Part shown: positions 48,401-61,700 of the stretch, piece by piece
Numbering within the stretch: position 1 is the stretch's first letter
Layout of the letters: each line of letters opens with the position of its first letter
NCBI GenBank assembly: GCA_002269645.1
Contig: NIVC01000755.1
Coordinates: forward strand, 62,001-126,000
DNA: 64,000 nucleotides
Direction of reading: 5' to 3'
DNA from: Macrostomum lignano
Lineage: Eukaryota
Translations under genes and position numbers: made by a program
The notes under the pieces: generated by a model
Databases searched by the model: none
What the model saw: the letters and a program-made list of their open reading frames with translations, nothing else
What the model was told of the DNA's origin: nothing

Positions 48401-49725
48401 GCTAGAAAACTTATCGTAATGAGGTTTGTCTACCTGGGGAATCTCTTCAATCTGAGGTTTGTCTACCTGGGGAATCTCACTAATCTCAGATTTGTCTACC
48501 TGGGGAATCTCTACAATCTCAGGTTTGCCTACCTGGGGAATCTCACTAATCTCAGATTTGTCTACCTGGGGAATCTCTACAATCTCAGGTTTGCCTACCC
48601 GGGGAATCTCATCAATCTCAGGTTTGTCTACCTGGGGAATCTCTACAATCTCAGGTTTGTCTACCCGGGGAATCTCATCAATCTCATGTTTGTCTACCTG
48701 GGGAATCTCATCAATCTCATGTTTGTCTACCTGGGGAATCTCATCAATCTCAGGTTTGTCTGGGGAATGTCCTGGGGAATCTCATCAATCTCAGGTTTGT
48801 CTACTGGGGAAATCTCAATAATCTCAAACGTGTCTACCTGGGGTATCTCACTAATCTCAAAGGTGTCTACCTGGGGAATCTCACTAATCTCAGATTTGTC
48901 TACCTGGGGAATCTCACTAATCTCAGATTTGTCTACCTGGGGAATCTCACTAATCTCAGATTTGTCTACCTGGGGAATCTCACTAATCTCAGATTTGTCT
49001 ACCTGGGGAATCTCACTAATCTCAGATTTGTCTACCTGGGGAATCTCACTAATCTCAGATTTGTCTACCTGGGGAATCTCACTAATCTCAGATTTGTCTA
49101 CCTGGGGAATCTCACTAATCTCAGATTTGTCTACCTGGGGAATCTCCCTAATCTCAGATTTGTTTACCTGGGGAATCTCACTAATCTGAGGTTTGTGTAT
49201 AACCGTCTCATACCTGCACAGAGTTGAAGAGAATCTCGCTGCCTTCCACCTGTCTGCCGTAGTCGCGGATAACCGAGCTGCTGCCGGCGGACCTCAGCCA
49301 GTACAGCCGGGGGGTCGGCATGCCGACCGCTTTGCAGCGCAGCCGGACGCTGTCCCCAACGCTGGCCGAAGTTTCAAACGACGTGTCCTGGATTTCGAAT
49401 CTGGGCAGCTCGTACACGTGCACCCGGCGAGAGCGGCGAATCTCTGTGGATCGATCGTCGTAGAACACCTCGCACATGTAGGTGCCCTCCGAGCTGTACG
49501 CTACGGACATGATCTCCAGGCGGATGCTGAGCTGCGATGTGCCCTGGCAGCGTTCGGAATGGGTGCGGCTGAATTTGGCCTGGCTGTCTGTCTGGCTGTC
49601 TGTCTGTCTCAGTGTCTTAGTGTCTTAGTGTCTGTCTTTCTATCTTAGTGTGTCTGTCTGTCTTAGTGTCCGTCTGTCTGTCTATTTTAGTGTTTGTGTG
49701 TCCGTGCCTGTCTGTCCGTCTGCCA

Positions 49726-49800
<75 letters not shown>

Positions 49801-49821
49801 GTCTGTCTCAGTGTCTTAGTT

Positions 49822-49860
<39 letters not shown>

Positions 49861-50162
49861 TTCCGTCGTTCTGTCTGGCACAATACTAAATAAAACACGA
49901 AAAATTACCTGCGAGATCCGATACTTGGATGCATCCAATGACTTCAGGCCGTCATTTAGGGTTATAGACGAAGTATTAGTCATGTACTTCCACAGGATTG
50001 GTCGGCCAGTCTTCATGTATAGCACGGAGCATTCGAAGATGATGTTTTCACCAAGAATTGCATCCACGCGAGAGAGGGTACTAGTCAGTGTAGTGATTCG
50101 ATCCGATTTGGAGTCGGGGTTCACATCAGTGATGGTCACAATTGGCGTCATAATCTCTTGAC
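45484..50162 (-). CDS. Three-Ig-domain, probably GPI-anchored cell-adhesion protein (lachesin/IgLON/DIP-like); signal exon(s) upstream uncertain
   Basis: Exons 50162-49909, 49579-49214, 48319-48081, 47173-47022, 45623-45484 join in frame (phases 1,0,0,2,1). Ig motifs: FEC..W..GTYMC, LRC..W..DRGTYIC, LLC...GTYTC. Ends in a hydrophobic tail AAPAALLIIVQILLAKFH* with no cytoplasmic domain. Confidence 0.88.
45730..46965. repeat. 23/24-bp intronic minisatellite (GATTAGTGTCATATCTCAGGGTG)n
   Basis: Directly visible. Confidence 0.96.
47270..48070. repeat. 31-bp intronic minisatellite (CAGAATTCAAAATCTCACCCTATAAGAATGA)n
   Basis: Directly visible. Confidence 0.96.
48415..49195. repeat. 33-bp intronic minisatellite (GTCTACCTGGGGAATCTCACTAATCTCAGATTT)n
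   Basis: Directly visible; source of artefactual ORFs 48419..49189. Confidence 0.96.
49582..49860. repeat. (CTGT)n intronic microsatellite with CTTAGTG variants
   Basis: Fills most of the intron between Ig exons 50162-49909 and 49579-49214. Confidence 0.95.
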
Positions 50163-52513
50163 CTTTTGTGTTAAGTTTGGTTTTGGAGATTAAGATAAAA
50201 GTCAAAAGTCAAAATACATTGCTTTTCTTTGATGTTTTCAAGAAAAAATGAGTTAGAAATATTAAAATTTTGCTTTAACTTTGTGTAATATAGGCTTTAT
50301 GCAAATTTAATATAACAGATATATTTAGGTTTAAAAAAAGAGCATATTACCTGATTGAAGCATTATCCATAGGCAATTAAAAAATTCCATTGGTTTATAG
50401 ATAGCTTAGTTTAAAAAAATTAATTGTATAATACTGATTTAGAATTAAAATAGTTTATTAATATTTTCTTAAACCTAAAGTACTTAAACCTTTAGGCTTT
50501 AGAATCAGAGTTAGTTTCGCCAAGATAAGCATTTTTTATTTTAGTATGTGTAAAGGGCCCTTCCTGATTTTCTATAGAATAGTTACAGATTAGTTGAACT
50601 TGAATTTACGCCAAAACTAAGATGCAATTTCTTTTGTTTTAATACTCATATTTTTCATATTATTTTACGCAAATATATTTTTGTTTTAATCTATGAGTAA
50701 AAGTAGTATAAATAGAAGCGAATTTGGCGGAGGGAGAACCAACCTCGCGCATCGCGGTTCACTAATGAAACAGTCATATCAAAGAATAATAGTTCCAAGA
50801 AAATAAGAATTGAAGAAGTGTTTTCTGTGTTGATTCTTTTTAAGTAGTAAGAGTGAAGTAGACTGAAGCATATACAGTACATACTATTGAGAAGCAGCAG
50901 TATTGAGTAGTAAGAGAATACAAAGTAGATCTGAAATGATACATGTAAGAATAACCAGAGGCTGTGACCCTCTGATCTCGGTAACACCCAAGGACTTGCA
51001 AAGTACATGAAATACCAGTAAGCCAAAATACTGCTCAGGCCATTATTAATTATTAAATAGAACACTACCAGAAAAACAGAACACTACCAGAATAACAGAG
51101 GAGTAAAATCTTTCAGGGCTAATAGTTTTCTAAGAAAAATACTCAGACTAAATACACAGACTAAATACTCAGACTAAATACACAGACTAAATACTCAGAC
51201 TAAATATGCAGACTAAATACTCAGACCTCTGAGATTCTGACTTATTCTAAGATTAATAAACTCATAATTTATTAATAGAATAGTCTTGGTGACAGCTACC
51301 AACATTTATAAAAACAGGAGTTTAGCCCTTTGACAACTTGGTTGCAGCAGTGGGATAATTTCAGTGAGAGCAATTACGCCTTTGACTTATGAATATAATT
51401 ATTTTTAAATAAAAGCACAAGCCAGACTTAAAGACACAAATATGAACAATAAGACTTACTAAAACTTTTAGTAATATTTGATATAAGTAAATAATCTTTT
51501 CCATTTTTATAATCTTGGAAAAAGAACTATAAGATGATGAATTTATTTTATTATATATGCTGGCAATCTTTTAGTTTTGCATGGTTAATTATTTTTTGAA
51601 AAATAGCAGCTTTATTAGTTACCACAAGTAAATATTTGAACTTACACAAATTTAAGACATGGCAATATATCAATTTTGTCTAAGGTTACTAGTTTGAGAT
51701 AGCTAAAGGCTATGTTTATGGTGAAAACCTGAAATTGCTCTCTGTGTTTTTAAAAGGGATTAGAGGTGAGAGGGACTAGGATTTTAAGAGATTTCTTACC
51801 TTGTTTGCTTTCTAAGGAATTGTGATTGTCAATCTTGAGCAACAACTCTTCTTGATCATGGCTGGATGCCTTGCAGCACCAACTAGTATAATTCTGATTG
51901 CAGATATTTGACCCACCTAGATGAGTTTCTTTGGCACCACTATCACGCGCATAATATTTTTGGCAACATACTTTTCTGGGTGGCACACTACAATACCTAG
52001 TGCTACCAACACAACATAACAAACTTGCTAACTGTTGTAAACTTTGTTAAAACTTTGTGTTCAAAATTTGTTAAATTCAGAAAATAATTAAACATGTCTA
52101 ACAAGAAGATTGACTATATGATTGAAGATATACTACATATTGTATCATACTTGTGTAGATGAGATTGTGTAAATGAAATGTATAAAATTGTGTAAATGAG
52201 GTTTATTAAACCTAAATTATGGCGTGTATAGGCCCTAGTTAATAAAGTTAGGCCCTAAAAGATCTAAGGTAATTTCTACCTCTGAATTACTTACAATTTA
52301 ATTATAATAAATGAATAAATTGTACATCATAAATTTTGATTGTGGCATTATTCTATTGAGACGAGATACATTCTAAATATGACAAAAAGCCAATATTGAA
52401 GCTTAGCTTTAAACCCTTATTAAAGCTAAAAAAACATATGAAACCAAAATTAGGACGTTAAGTCAAGAATAGCAGAAGAAAGGGGTTTGCTATAAAATTA
52501 AACATTCACTTAC

Positions 52514-52586
52514 CAGATGCAACCACAATCATACAGAGTACAGTCAGACAGAAAAAAGAGCACATATTTGATGGTATAATAGCCAT
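52514..52586 (-). CDS. Putative signal-peptide exon (MAIIPSNMCSFFCLTVLCMIVVAS-G, phase-1 donor)
   Basis: ATG, hydrophobic core and a strong G|GTAAGT donor. It is phase-compatible with the Cys-rich exon 52027-51800 and with Ig exon 50162. Which gene it belongs to is unresolved. Confidence 0.5.
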
Positions 52587-54714
52587 TTTTATGGGTCCGT
52601 CCTCAACTTGATCCTGCTGGTATCACGGGAAATAAAATTGTAACTTCCTGATACTTCAAGCACAATGATCAAGCACAATAACTTTTTAAACTTGTCTTTA
52701 ATTCTTAAAATTTAACACAAAAACATTTTTATGTGCGAAACTGTTAGTACTTTTTTTTAAATTTATTGAAATATATTAAAATTCTGAAATATTTGTTTGA
52801 TTTTTATTGCTTTTTCTATTTCAAGCCGTGATTTTTTTTTCAGGGAAATCACTAAATGCTGGCTGCTGAGTATCTAATAAGATGAACTACTTTCTGTTTG
52901 TACAAAAAACTTCTGCAGTGGATAAAAAATACGTATGAGAGACGTTCTTGCGACCAAAAAAGTTACAACACTTTTTTGCGACGTCCAACTTTGTATTAAA
53001 TACGTGATTTTTCTGCTCGGGCAGAATACTGAGTATTCTTTGGCTATATGTTGATCCCTACTGGTCTAGATCAGCCTTCGGTGCAAGGGCCACTGTATAT
53101 AGCTATAATCAGTGGTCCTTGCTACGGTTTTGGGGAGGATCACGTCGGAACGAAACAACGCGAGCGAACACAGTACTCATGCAGAATTGCGATTCACACT
53201 AGTATTACTATAGTTCTATTTAGTATTAACTAGACTATTAGTAGATTAGTATTACTAGACTACATTTTTCTACATGTAGTCAGCAGATCAGCTGCCTCAA
53301 AAGGTGTTAGCCCAGACTGAGAAGGTCTGGGAGGATGCATGAGAAACTGAATCAGTACAAATGGCAGAGAAATAGCTAGCACACCAGTGGTAAATTTCTA
53401 AAACGATACTGACTTGTCCACCTGTAAAGTGTTTTATTTCCCAGCGGGGTCTAAACTTTTTTGGATTTTTTACGAAGGACCACTGTGTCCTTGTTTTTTT
53501 ACCAACAATGGTGAGGGCAACGCAACTTTGCCTTATGATTTTTACGTTTATTCAACTTTACCTGTATAATTCTCCTTCCCTGTTTCCTTATGATCAAAAA
53601 ATCTCTATTAAATAAAAAAAATGCAAACAGTAAATTTTTTTCTGATACGCTTTACTTAGGTTCTTCCACGTTTTGTTTTTTTCGGTATCAAATTTTAAGC
53701 TAAAATGACTTGTGTCGTCACGTGGCTGACGACGACGCGGTTGAGCGCGCGTTCCGTATAAGCTAGGCCCCTATCAAACTTAAGTTTTTCATTGTAGGAT
53801 GTCACACGTAGACTGTAGTAGCAAATTTTTTGCATGTTGCCTTAACCCAATAGTGAAAATAACTTTATAGTGCGAAGTATGCATTATGGCTTATGCGGTT
53901 AGTGATATAAGTGTTCTGAACTGGATTACAAGGTCTAAATCCTACTTTTTTATTTTTATTAGGCCCTAACTCCTTGTTGTGGCTTAGTTACCAGTCTGTT
54001 ACCGATTGACATAAACAACTAAACAAGTCAACGACTTTAAAACATTGATTGGCAAATTGGCTCTGCCCAAATTGACCAAAAAACAAAAAACTAATGTATT
54101 ACATAGAGTAGGGCCTAGCTTTTTTATTTGGCATTTAAATTTATTAATTGCAATTGCAACTCGATTCGGCATACTTACAAATTATATGTTGTAGTTTACC
54201 TTATCTGAATATCTGAAATCAATAATATCTTTTTATTTTATAGCAATAAGTCATAGATCAATAATAGCTAGACCTTGGACTAAATATATTATGAGTAGGC
54301 GCCTATACTATTTCTAGCTCTATAGGCCTAGGCCCCCTACTCTATAATATAGTCCATTAATAGTATTATATTACACTATATATACATGTGTTGTAGGGCT
54401 ACTTTTCTAATTCTTATTAGGCCTATTGAATATCCTAAATCTGCTACCAAAGTGGTTGTAATGGTTTGCTTACCTCTTTTAGCTATTCCAATAATGCCAC
54501 CAGGTTCGCAGGTTGTAACAGGCTAAAGCTTCTCTCTATTAAAACCCTACTGAGGTCACCAAAGTTGTAACAGGGCTTAACTTTTGTCTTTATATATAAT
54601 ATAAATGTTGGTGCCACGTGCCACCAAGGCTTTTCTATTAATAAATTATGAGTTTATTAATCTTAGAATAAGTCTAAGAAATGTGTCTTAGAATAAGTCT
54701 GAGTAACGGATTAC

Positions 54715-55621
54715 AGTTGTTTTGGTGACAAGATGATTTGGTGACAGTCGTTTTTGGTGACAAGCAAAAGTTATATCGGTGACAAACAAAAGTCATTTCG
54801 GTGACAAGGCTAATTGTTACATTGGGTAGCAGATTTAGAAACATTTATTTGGAAATAAAACTTATAAGTTTTTTTCCTTATTTGAGGCCTTACTAAAATG
54901 GTTTATCAGTTTTGTATTTCATTTTGTTTTTTTATTCTAACGCAGTTTGTTCAATATTTTGTGTATGATATATTTATTGCATATTTTGTCTGCGCATGCA
55001 GATACTGTTTTTCTCTGTTCTCCAACTCGTTGCTTGGCATTTTATAATGGATCCTCTTAGCATATGCGTTGTCTGCCAATTAGTTGTGACTCGGCGACAG
55101 CAAGCACATGTATTCCCCTTTGCAAGACTGCACGGCTTGCAATTTCACTGGACGCAGGCTGTGTGGAGGAAGGTACAAGCACTAGGCCTACAGGAGGCAT
55201 ATTGGACTGACGATGGCACAAGACGATTTTGTCGGAAGTTACTGGCCCTGTCATTTCTTCCAGCAGAGCACATTGGAGCCAGCTCTGGACAGCCTGCCAG
55301 CAGTCAACGGATGCGACCAACTGACTGCATTGTGCCAGTACATTCGACGTACGTGGCTTCGGAGCTCAGTCTGGACCGCCACTAAGGTCTTCGTTCTACT
55401 GACGAGCATCCGGACCAACAATGACCTGACGAGCCATCCGGACCAACAATGACCTGGAAGGTATCATCGTCACCTTCAACACCGAGCTCAGTGCAGCAAC
55501 ATCCAATTTTACCTGCTCATTCAAGTGCTGCACAAGAGGCACTGCTGGTGCCTTTGCAGGCGCAAATGCTCTCACAGGGGCACTGAAACGTGTCCAGAGG
55601 CGTCGTACAGAGACATGCAGG
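54715..55621 (+). mobile_element. Internally deleted Mutator-like (MULE) DNA transposon: repeat-rich terminus plus C-terminal transposase fragment, cut by the assembly gap
   Basis: (TTT[TC]GGTGACAA)n repeats at 54715-54810. Frameshifted FHWTQAVWRKVQALGL..Y..D...RRFCRKLLALSFLPAEHI, YIRRTW...IRTNNDLEG and FYLLIQVLH...VPLQ, which is typical MULE transposase C-terminal sequence. Confidence 0.82.
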
Positions 55622-55704
55622 NNNNNNNNNNNNNNNNNNNNNNNNNNNNNNNNNNNNNNNNNNNNNNNNNNNNNNNNNNNNNNNNNNNNNNNNNNNNNNN
55701 NNNN
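55622..55704. other. Assembly gap (83 N)
   Basis: Run of N. Confidence 1.
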
Positions 55705-58700
55705 TTTTCAACTTTTAAACGCTGCCAATAAAAAACGGTACGACTGATTTACAAACAGTTTTTGCCAAAATGTGCTCAAAGACCTAGCGCTATCGGATGC
55801 CACAATAGTTGGTTGCCATGGCAACGCGTTTTGGTTGCCATGGCAACCAAAAACTGCGTTTTTTCTACATTGTCAAAAATTTGATCTCAAAAAATAAGGA
55901 TTGAGAATATGGCAGCGCTTAGCGGGCTGGCTCAGTAAACGCGGGCATTCGAACGCTACAATGATCAGAAATGGATTTTTTGATTGTACTTTAACTTTTA
56001 GGCGTGAACTACAAAAAAACGTGTTTTTTGAGGTCGAAAAATCGGCATTTTTTTCAACTTTGCCTCACCGCAGCGAAAAGGACGCGCGATAGCGCGGCCT
56101 TTGAGCTGCCTCATAGCGTCAATAACACCTGGGGCTGTTTGATGCGCTATAGTTTTTAGGGCTAAAATGTACTTTTCACATGGCTGCCTATCTGCACTTT
56201 AAAAGTACAAATTTTTAGTGCACTTTTGTGAGGCCTATGCGCGTCGAGATGGAAAACTTTATTTTTTAATATTTCTACACCAAATTACTCAAATGGATGT
56301 CTTCTATTCGGAAACATTGAGATCTGGCCGATTGGGCCATCAATAACCTGCCCAGGTGCCAAAGAGTGCCTAAAAACGACATTTTCGAAAAATTGGGTCA
56401 CGTTTTTAAAAAGTAGTCCCAAAAAATAAGAAAGTGTTTTATGCTACTGGTGTTGAGACTTTAAACAACGTGTCAAACATTTGGAAATTTGTTTTCCTAA
56501 ATTTTCTAAGCATTTGGACCTACCTGTGCTGAGCAGTGACCCGGAAACCAGGGAAAAAAGAGGCCGGGGGCTCTGCAGAAAATCAAACGTTGTTAAGGAA
56601 ATTTTTTTTAAAATGGAGCGCGAATTTTTTCGAGTGTAGTGTCAAATTGTAGCCCATCGGATGCCCTTTTGAATGACATAAGACACTCTGGAAAAACCCC
56701 TGTTAACAGGTACTTTTTACCTGTTAAGTGAAAAACGGCCCATTTGGGGGTACAAACTTTGAAGTCGAAAAATAAGAAATTTTGCGCACCGATTTTTCTG
56801 CATTTTCAATATTGTTTAGTCGAATAGCTAAAGTTTCACCGGTCATACGCCAATATGGCTGCTGGAAAATTCGTATTTTTTGAGCAAACTGCATCTGATT
56901 ATTAAAAATGCAATTTTTCGGCCAATTTTTTGTACATGTTTTTCAACCTTGCCCGTACTGCAGCGAAAAGGATGCGCAATAGCGCGGCTTTTGAGCTGCT
57001 GCCTAATGTCAACAACACCTGGGGCTTTTAGATGCGCTATAATATTTTGGGCTAAAAATGTACTTTTGACATGGCTGCCTATCTGCACTTTAAAAAGTAC
57101 AAACCGTTTGTGCACTTTAAAGAGGCTTATCTATACAGATGCAAATCTTGATTTTTTCAATTTTTCAACCCAAATCACTCAAATGGATGTCTTTTATTCG
57201 GAAATGCTGAGATCTGCTTGATTGGGCCATTCATTGCTGCTCTATATGGCTACAAGGGTCAAAAAGAGTGTTTTTGAAAATTTGGGTCACGTTTTCAAAA
57301 AGTAGTCTCCAAAAATAAGAAAGTGTTTAAGCTACGGTGTTGAGATTTTAACAAAACGTGTTCAAACATATGGAAATTTGTTTTCCTAAATTTTCTAAGC
57401 ATTTGGACCTACCGCGTGCGGAGCAGTGACCCGGAAACCGGGGAAAAAAGAGGCCGGGGGACTCGACCAAAAAGCATATGTTGTTAAAGAAAAATTTTTA
57501 TTACTGGGCGAATTTTTTTCGAGTGTGGTGTCAAATTGTAGCCCATCGGATGCCCGTTCGAATGGCGCAAGACACTCTGGAAAAAATACCTGTTAACAGG
57601 TACTTTTACCTGTTAAGTGAAAAACGGCCCATTTGGGGTACAAACTTTGAAGTCGAAAAATAGAAATTTTGCGCACGATTTTTCTGCATTTTCAATATTG
57701 TTTAGTCGAATAGCTGAAGTTTCACCGGTCATACGCCAATATGGCTGGAAAATTCGTATTTTTGAGAAAATTGGCTCCGAATTTTGAGTAGGCCATTTTT
57801 GGGCAAATTTGAGCATACTTTTGTAATAACTCTGCATTGGCGAGACCTAGAGACTCAAGTTTGGTGTCTAAAAACAGCATTATGGATGCACTATGCAACT
57901 AAATAAGTTTTGAAAACTGATTCTTAGGTTAACAGGTCTTAATACCTGTTTGAATACCTGTCAGAACAGGTAAAAATCATAATTTGGCGCCTAGCAGCCG
58001 AAAAAATTTGTTGACATAGTTTGAAAATGCATTGGATGAATGCGCCTTGATGTTATCTCTGTAACGACATGCGACTCGTATTTTTAGGTTAAGGCGTTGC
58101 GATGCAGCGAGCAGAAATGTATGAAAAGCAGCAAAAATCGTATAAGTGGCTACCATACATACGGAATATTCGATATAAAGCGCGTGCACTGTAGAGCTTC
58201 GCTCAAGCGAGAGATGGATGGGGCGAAGGCAGCTTGCTTTGTAAATGGCCTAAACACGGGTTCGATCCCAAGTGGGCCAGGTTTTTTTATATTTAATTTT
58301 TTTAGCAGGAACGGATTTATTAGTATTTTCAATTCTCTTTCACTTGAATATAATTTAATATTAATTGTTTAATTTTCCTTTCCTTGTATACCTTATTAAA
58401 GTCAAAGAGTAAGAGTGAAGCTGAAAGTGCGGCACAGATGATTTGTTAGTGCAGAAAGAGTATTACGATACATATCGGCAAGTATGTGTTGCGTGGTCGC
58501 CAGAAGGCTTACAAGCAGTTTTAGCGTGCTAAAAAGATGTGTTAGAGGTGGGAAAATTTGCGGAGGGGTTAGGTGGGGAGCGCGGGGTGTGGGGGCGGCA
58601 GCCCCACGATACGCAAACCCCACAACAACAACCACCCTCCCCAACAACAACGCGGGAGGGGTGGGGGAGCGGGGGTGTGGGGGCGGCAGCCCCACGTTAC

Positions 58701-61700
58701 GCAAACCCCCCAACAACAACCACACCCCCAACAACAACAACAACAACCCCAACAACAACAAAAACCCCAACAACAACAACCCCTTTTACAACCAACAAAC
58801 AACAACAACCGCCTTAACAACCCTTTCTACACAACAGCAGAGTGGATATTCTTGTAATCTAATAAAATATTTTTTATTAATATATTTCCACAGTTATGTA
58901 TAAACTTTGTTTAAATCAAATTGAAAATGCAGTATAGCCGTAAAATATAAAAACACGATATAGCGTTTTAATTAGTTCTTAATTTGGGTTAAATAAATAG
59001 GTCATAGCCATAAACAATAATGGACATAATAAACCATCATAAGTATTTTTATTAATTTTTTTAAATAGTTATGCTTAAACTTTGTTTAAATTAAATTATA
59101 ATCAACTAAGCTTCTTAGTTTTTTTTTTAAATTTAAAATTAGGCCATAAAAGTTACGAACAATATATAAACCATCGTCCCACCTTTGAAGACGACAGCGT
59201 CTTCATTCACTAGTTGTGGGACGATGGAGCCAGTAAGTAGTTATAGAAAAAAAGGCGAGCGAAGCGAGAATTTTTTTCTATGCTGCTTACTTTTGCGAAA
59301 TCGTCCCTGATAAGATGTGCAACAGATGTGACACACTAAAAATGACGTTTTTCAACTTTTAAACGCTGCCAATAAAAAACGGTACGACCGATTTGCAAAA
59401 AGTTTTTGCCAAAATGTGTCAAAGACTAGGCGCTACCAGAGCCGCAGTGTTTGGTTGTGCCATGGCAATGCGTTTTGGTTGCCATGGCAACCAAAAACTG
59501 CGTTTTTTCGACATTGTCAAAAAATTTGATCTCAATTACAGCGGCAGGAAATTATGGCAGCGCTTAGTGAGTGTGCTCAAAAGACGCGGGCATTAAAACG
59601 CTACAATGATCCGAAATGGATTTTTTGATTGTACTTTACTTCACAGGTAAAAGTACAAAAAACGTGTTTTTTGAGGTCGAAAATTGGCATTTTTTTTCAA
59701 CTTTGCCTCACCGCAGCGAAAAGGACGCGCGATAGCGCGGCCTTTGAGCTGCCTCATACGTCAATAACACCTGGGGCTGTTTGATGCGCTATAGTTTTTA
59801 GGGCTAAAATGTACTTTTCACATGGCTGCCTATCTGCTGTTTAAAAGTACAAATTTTTAGTGCACTTTTGTGAGGCCTATGGCGTCGAGATGGAAAACTT
59901 TATTTTTGCTGTTTTGCATACCAAATAACTCAAATAGATGTCTTTTAATCGCGAAACATCGAGATTTGGCCGATTGGGCCATCAATAACCTGCCCAGGTG
60001 CCAAAGAGTGCCTAAAAACGACATTTTTCGAAAAATTGGGTCACGTTTTTAAAAAGTAGTCCCAAAAAATAAGAAAGTGTTTTATGCTACGGTGTTGAGA
60101 CTTTAACACAACACGTGTCAAACATATGGAAATTTGTTTTCCTGAATTTTCTAAGCATTTGGACCTACCTGTGCGGAGCAGTGACCCGGAAACCGCGGGA
60201 AAAAAGAGGCCGGGGGCTCTGCAGAAAATCAAACGTTGTTAAGAAAAATTTTTAAAAATGGGGCGAATTTTTTCGAGTGTAGTGTCAAATTGTAGCCCAT
60301 CGGATGCCCTTTTGAATGACATAAGACACTCCTGAAAAAACCCCTGTTAACAGGTACTTTTTACCTGTTAAGTGAAAAACGGCCCATTTGGGGGTACAAA
60401 CTTTGGAGTGGAAAAATAAGAAATTTTGCGCACCGATTTTTCTGCATTTTCAATATTGTTTAGTCGAATAGCTAAAGTTTCACCGGTCATACGCCAATAT
60501 GGCTGGAAAATTCGTATTTTTGAGCAAACTGCATCTGATTATTAAAAATGCAATTTTTCGGCAATTTTTTGTACATGTTTTTCAACCTTGCCCGTACTGC
60601 AGCGAAAAGGATGCGCGCAATAGCGCGGCTTTTGAGCTGCTGCCTAATGTCAACAACACCTGGGGCTTTTAGATGCGCTATAATTTTGGGCTAAAATGTA
60701 CTTTTGACATGGCTGCCTATCTGCACTTTAAAAGTACAAACCGTTTGTGCACTTTAAAGAGGCTTATCTTATACAGATGCAAATCTTGATTTTTTCAATT
60801 TTTCAACCCAAATCACTCAAATGGATGTCTTTTATTCGGAAATGCTGAGATCTGCTTGATTGGGCCATTCATTGCTGCTCTATATGGCTACAAGGGTCAA
60901 AAAGAGTGTTTTTGAAAATTTGGGTCACGTTTTCAAAAAGTAGTCTCCAAAAATAAGAAAGTGTTTTAAGCTACGGTGTTGAGATTTTAACAAAACGTGT
61001 CAAACATATGGAAATTTGTTTTCCTAAATTTTCTAAGCATTTGGACCTACCGGTGCGGAGCAGTGACCCGGAAACCGGGGAAAAAGAGGCCGGGGGACTC
61101 GACCAAAAAAGCATATGTTGTTAAAGAAAAATTTTTATTACTGGGCGAATTTTTTCGAGTGTGGTGTCAAATTGTAGCCCATCGGATGCCCGTTCGAATG
61201 GCGCAAGACACTCTGGAAAAAATACCTGTTAACAGGTACTTTTTACCTGTTAAGTGAAAAACGGCCCATTTGGGGTACAAACTTTGAAGTCGAAAAATAA
61301 GAAATTTTGCGCACCGATTTTTCTGCATTTTCAATATTGTTTAGTCGAATAGCTGAAGTTTCACCGGTCATACGCCAATATGGCTGGAAAATTCGTATTT
61401 TTGAGAAAATTGGCTCCGAATTTTGAGTAGGCCATTTTTGGGCAAATTTTGAGCATACTTTTGGTAATAACTCTGCATTGGCGAGACCTAGAGACTCAAG
61501 TTTGGTGTCTAAAAACAGCATTATGGATGCACTATGCAACTAAATAAGTTTTGAAAACTGATTCTTAGGTTAACAGGTCTTAATACCTGTTTGAATACCT
61601 GTCAGAACAGGTAAAAATTCATAATTTGGCGCCTAGCAGCCGAAAAAATTTGTTGACATAGTTTGAAAATGCATTGGATGAATGCGCCTTGATGTTATCT

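Noticed and set aside
50691-51065. 124-aa hydrophobic ORF near the 5' end of the Ig gene
   Set aside because: Composition is explained by AT-rich sequence, and I could not build a convincing splice model.
58215-58290. tRNA-like segment (GGGTTCGATCCC B-box followed by a T-run) in each macrosatellite unit
   Set aside because: I could not build an acceptor stem or a D-arm; at most a degenerate tRNA/SINE remnant.
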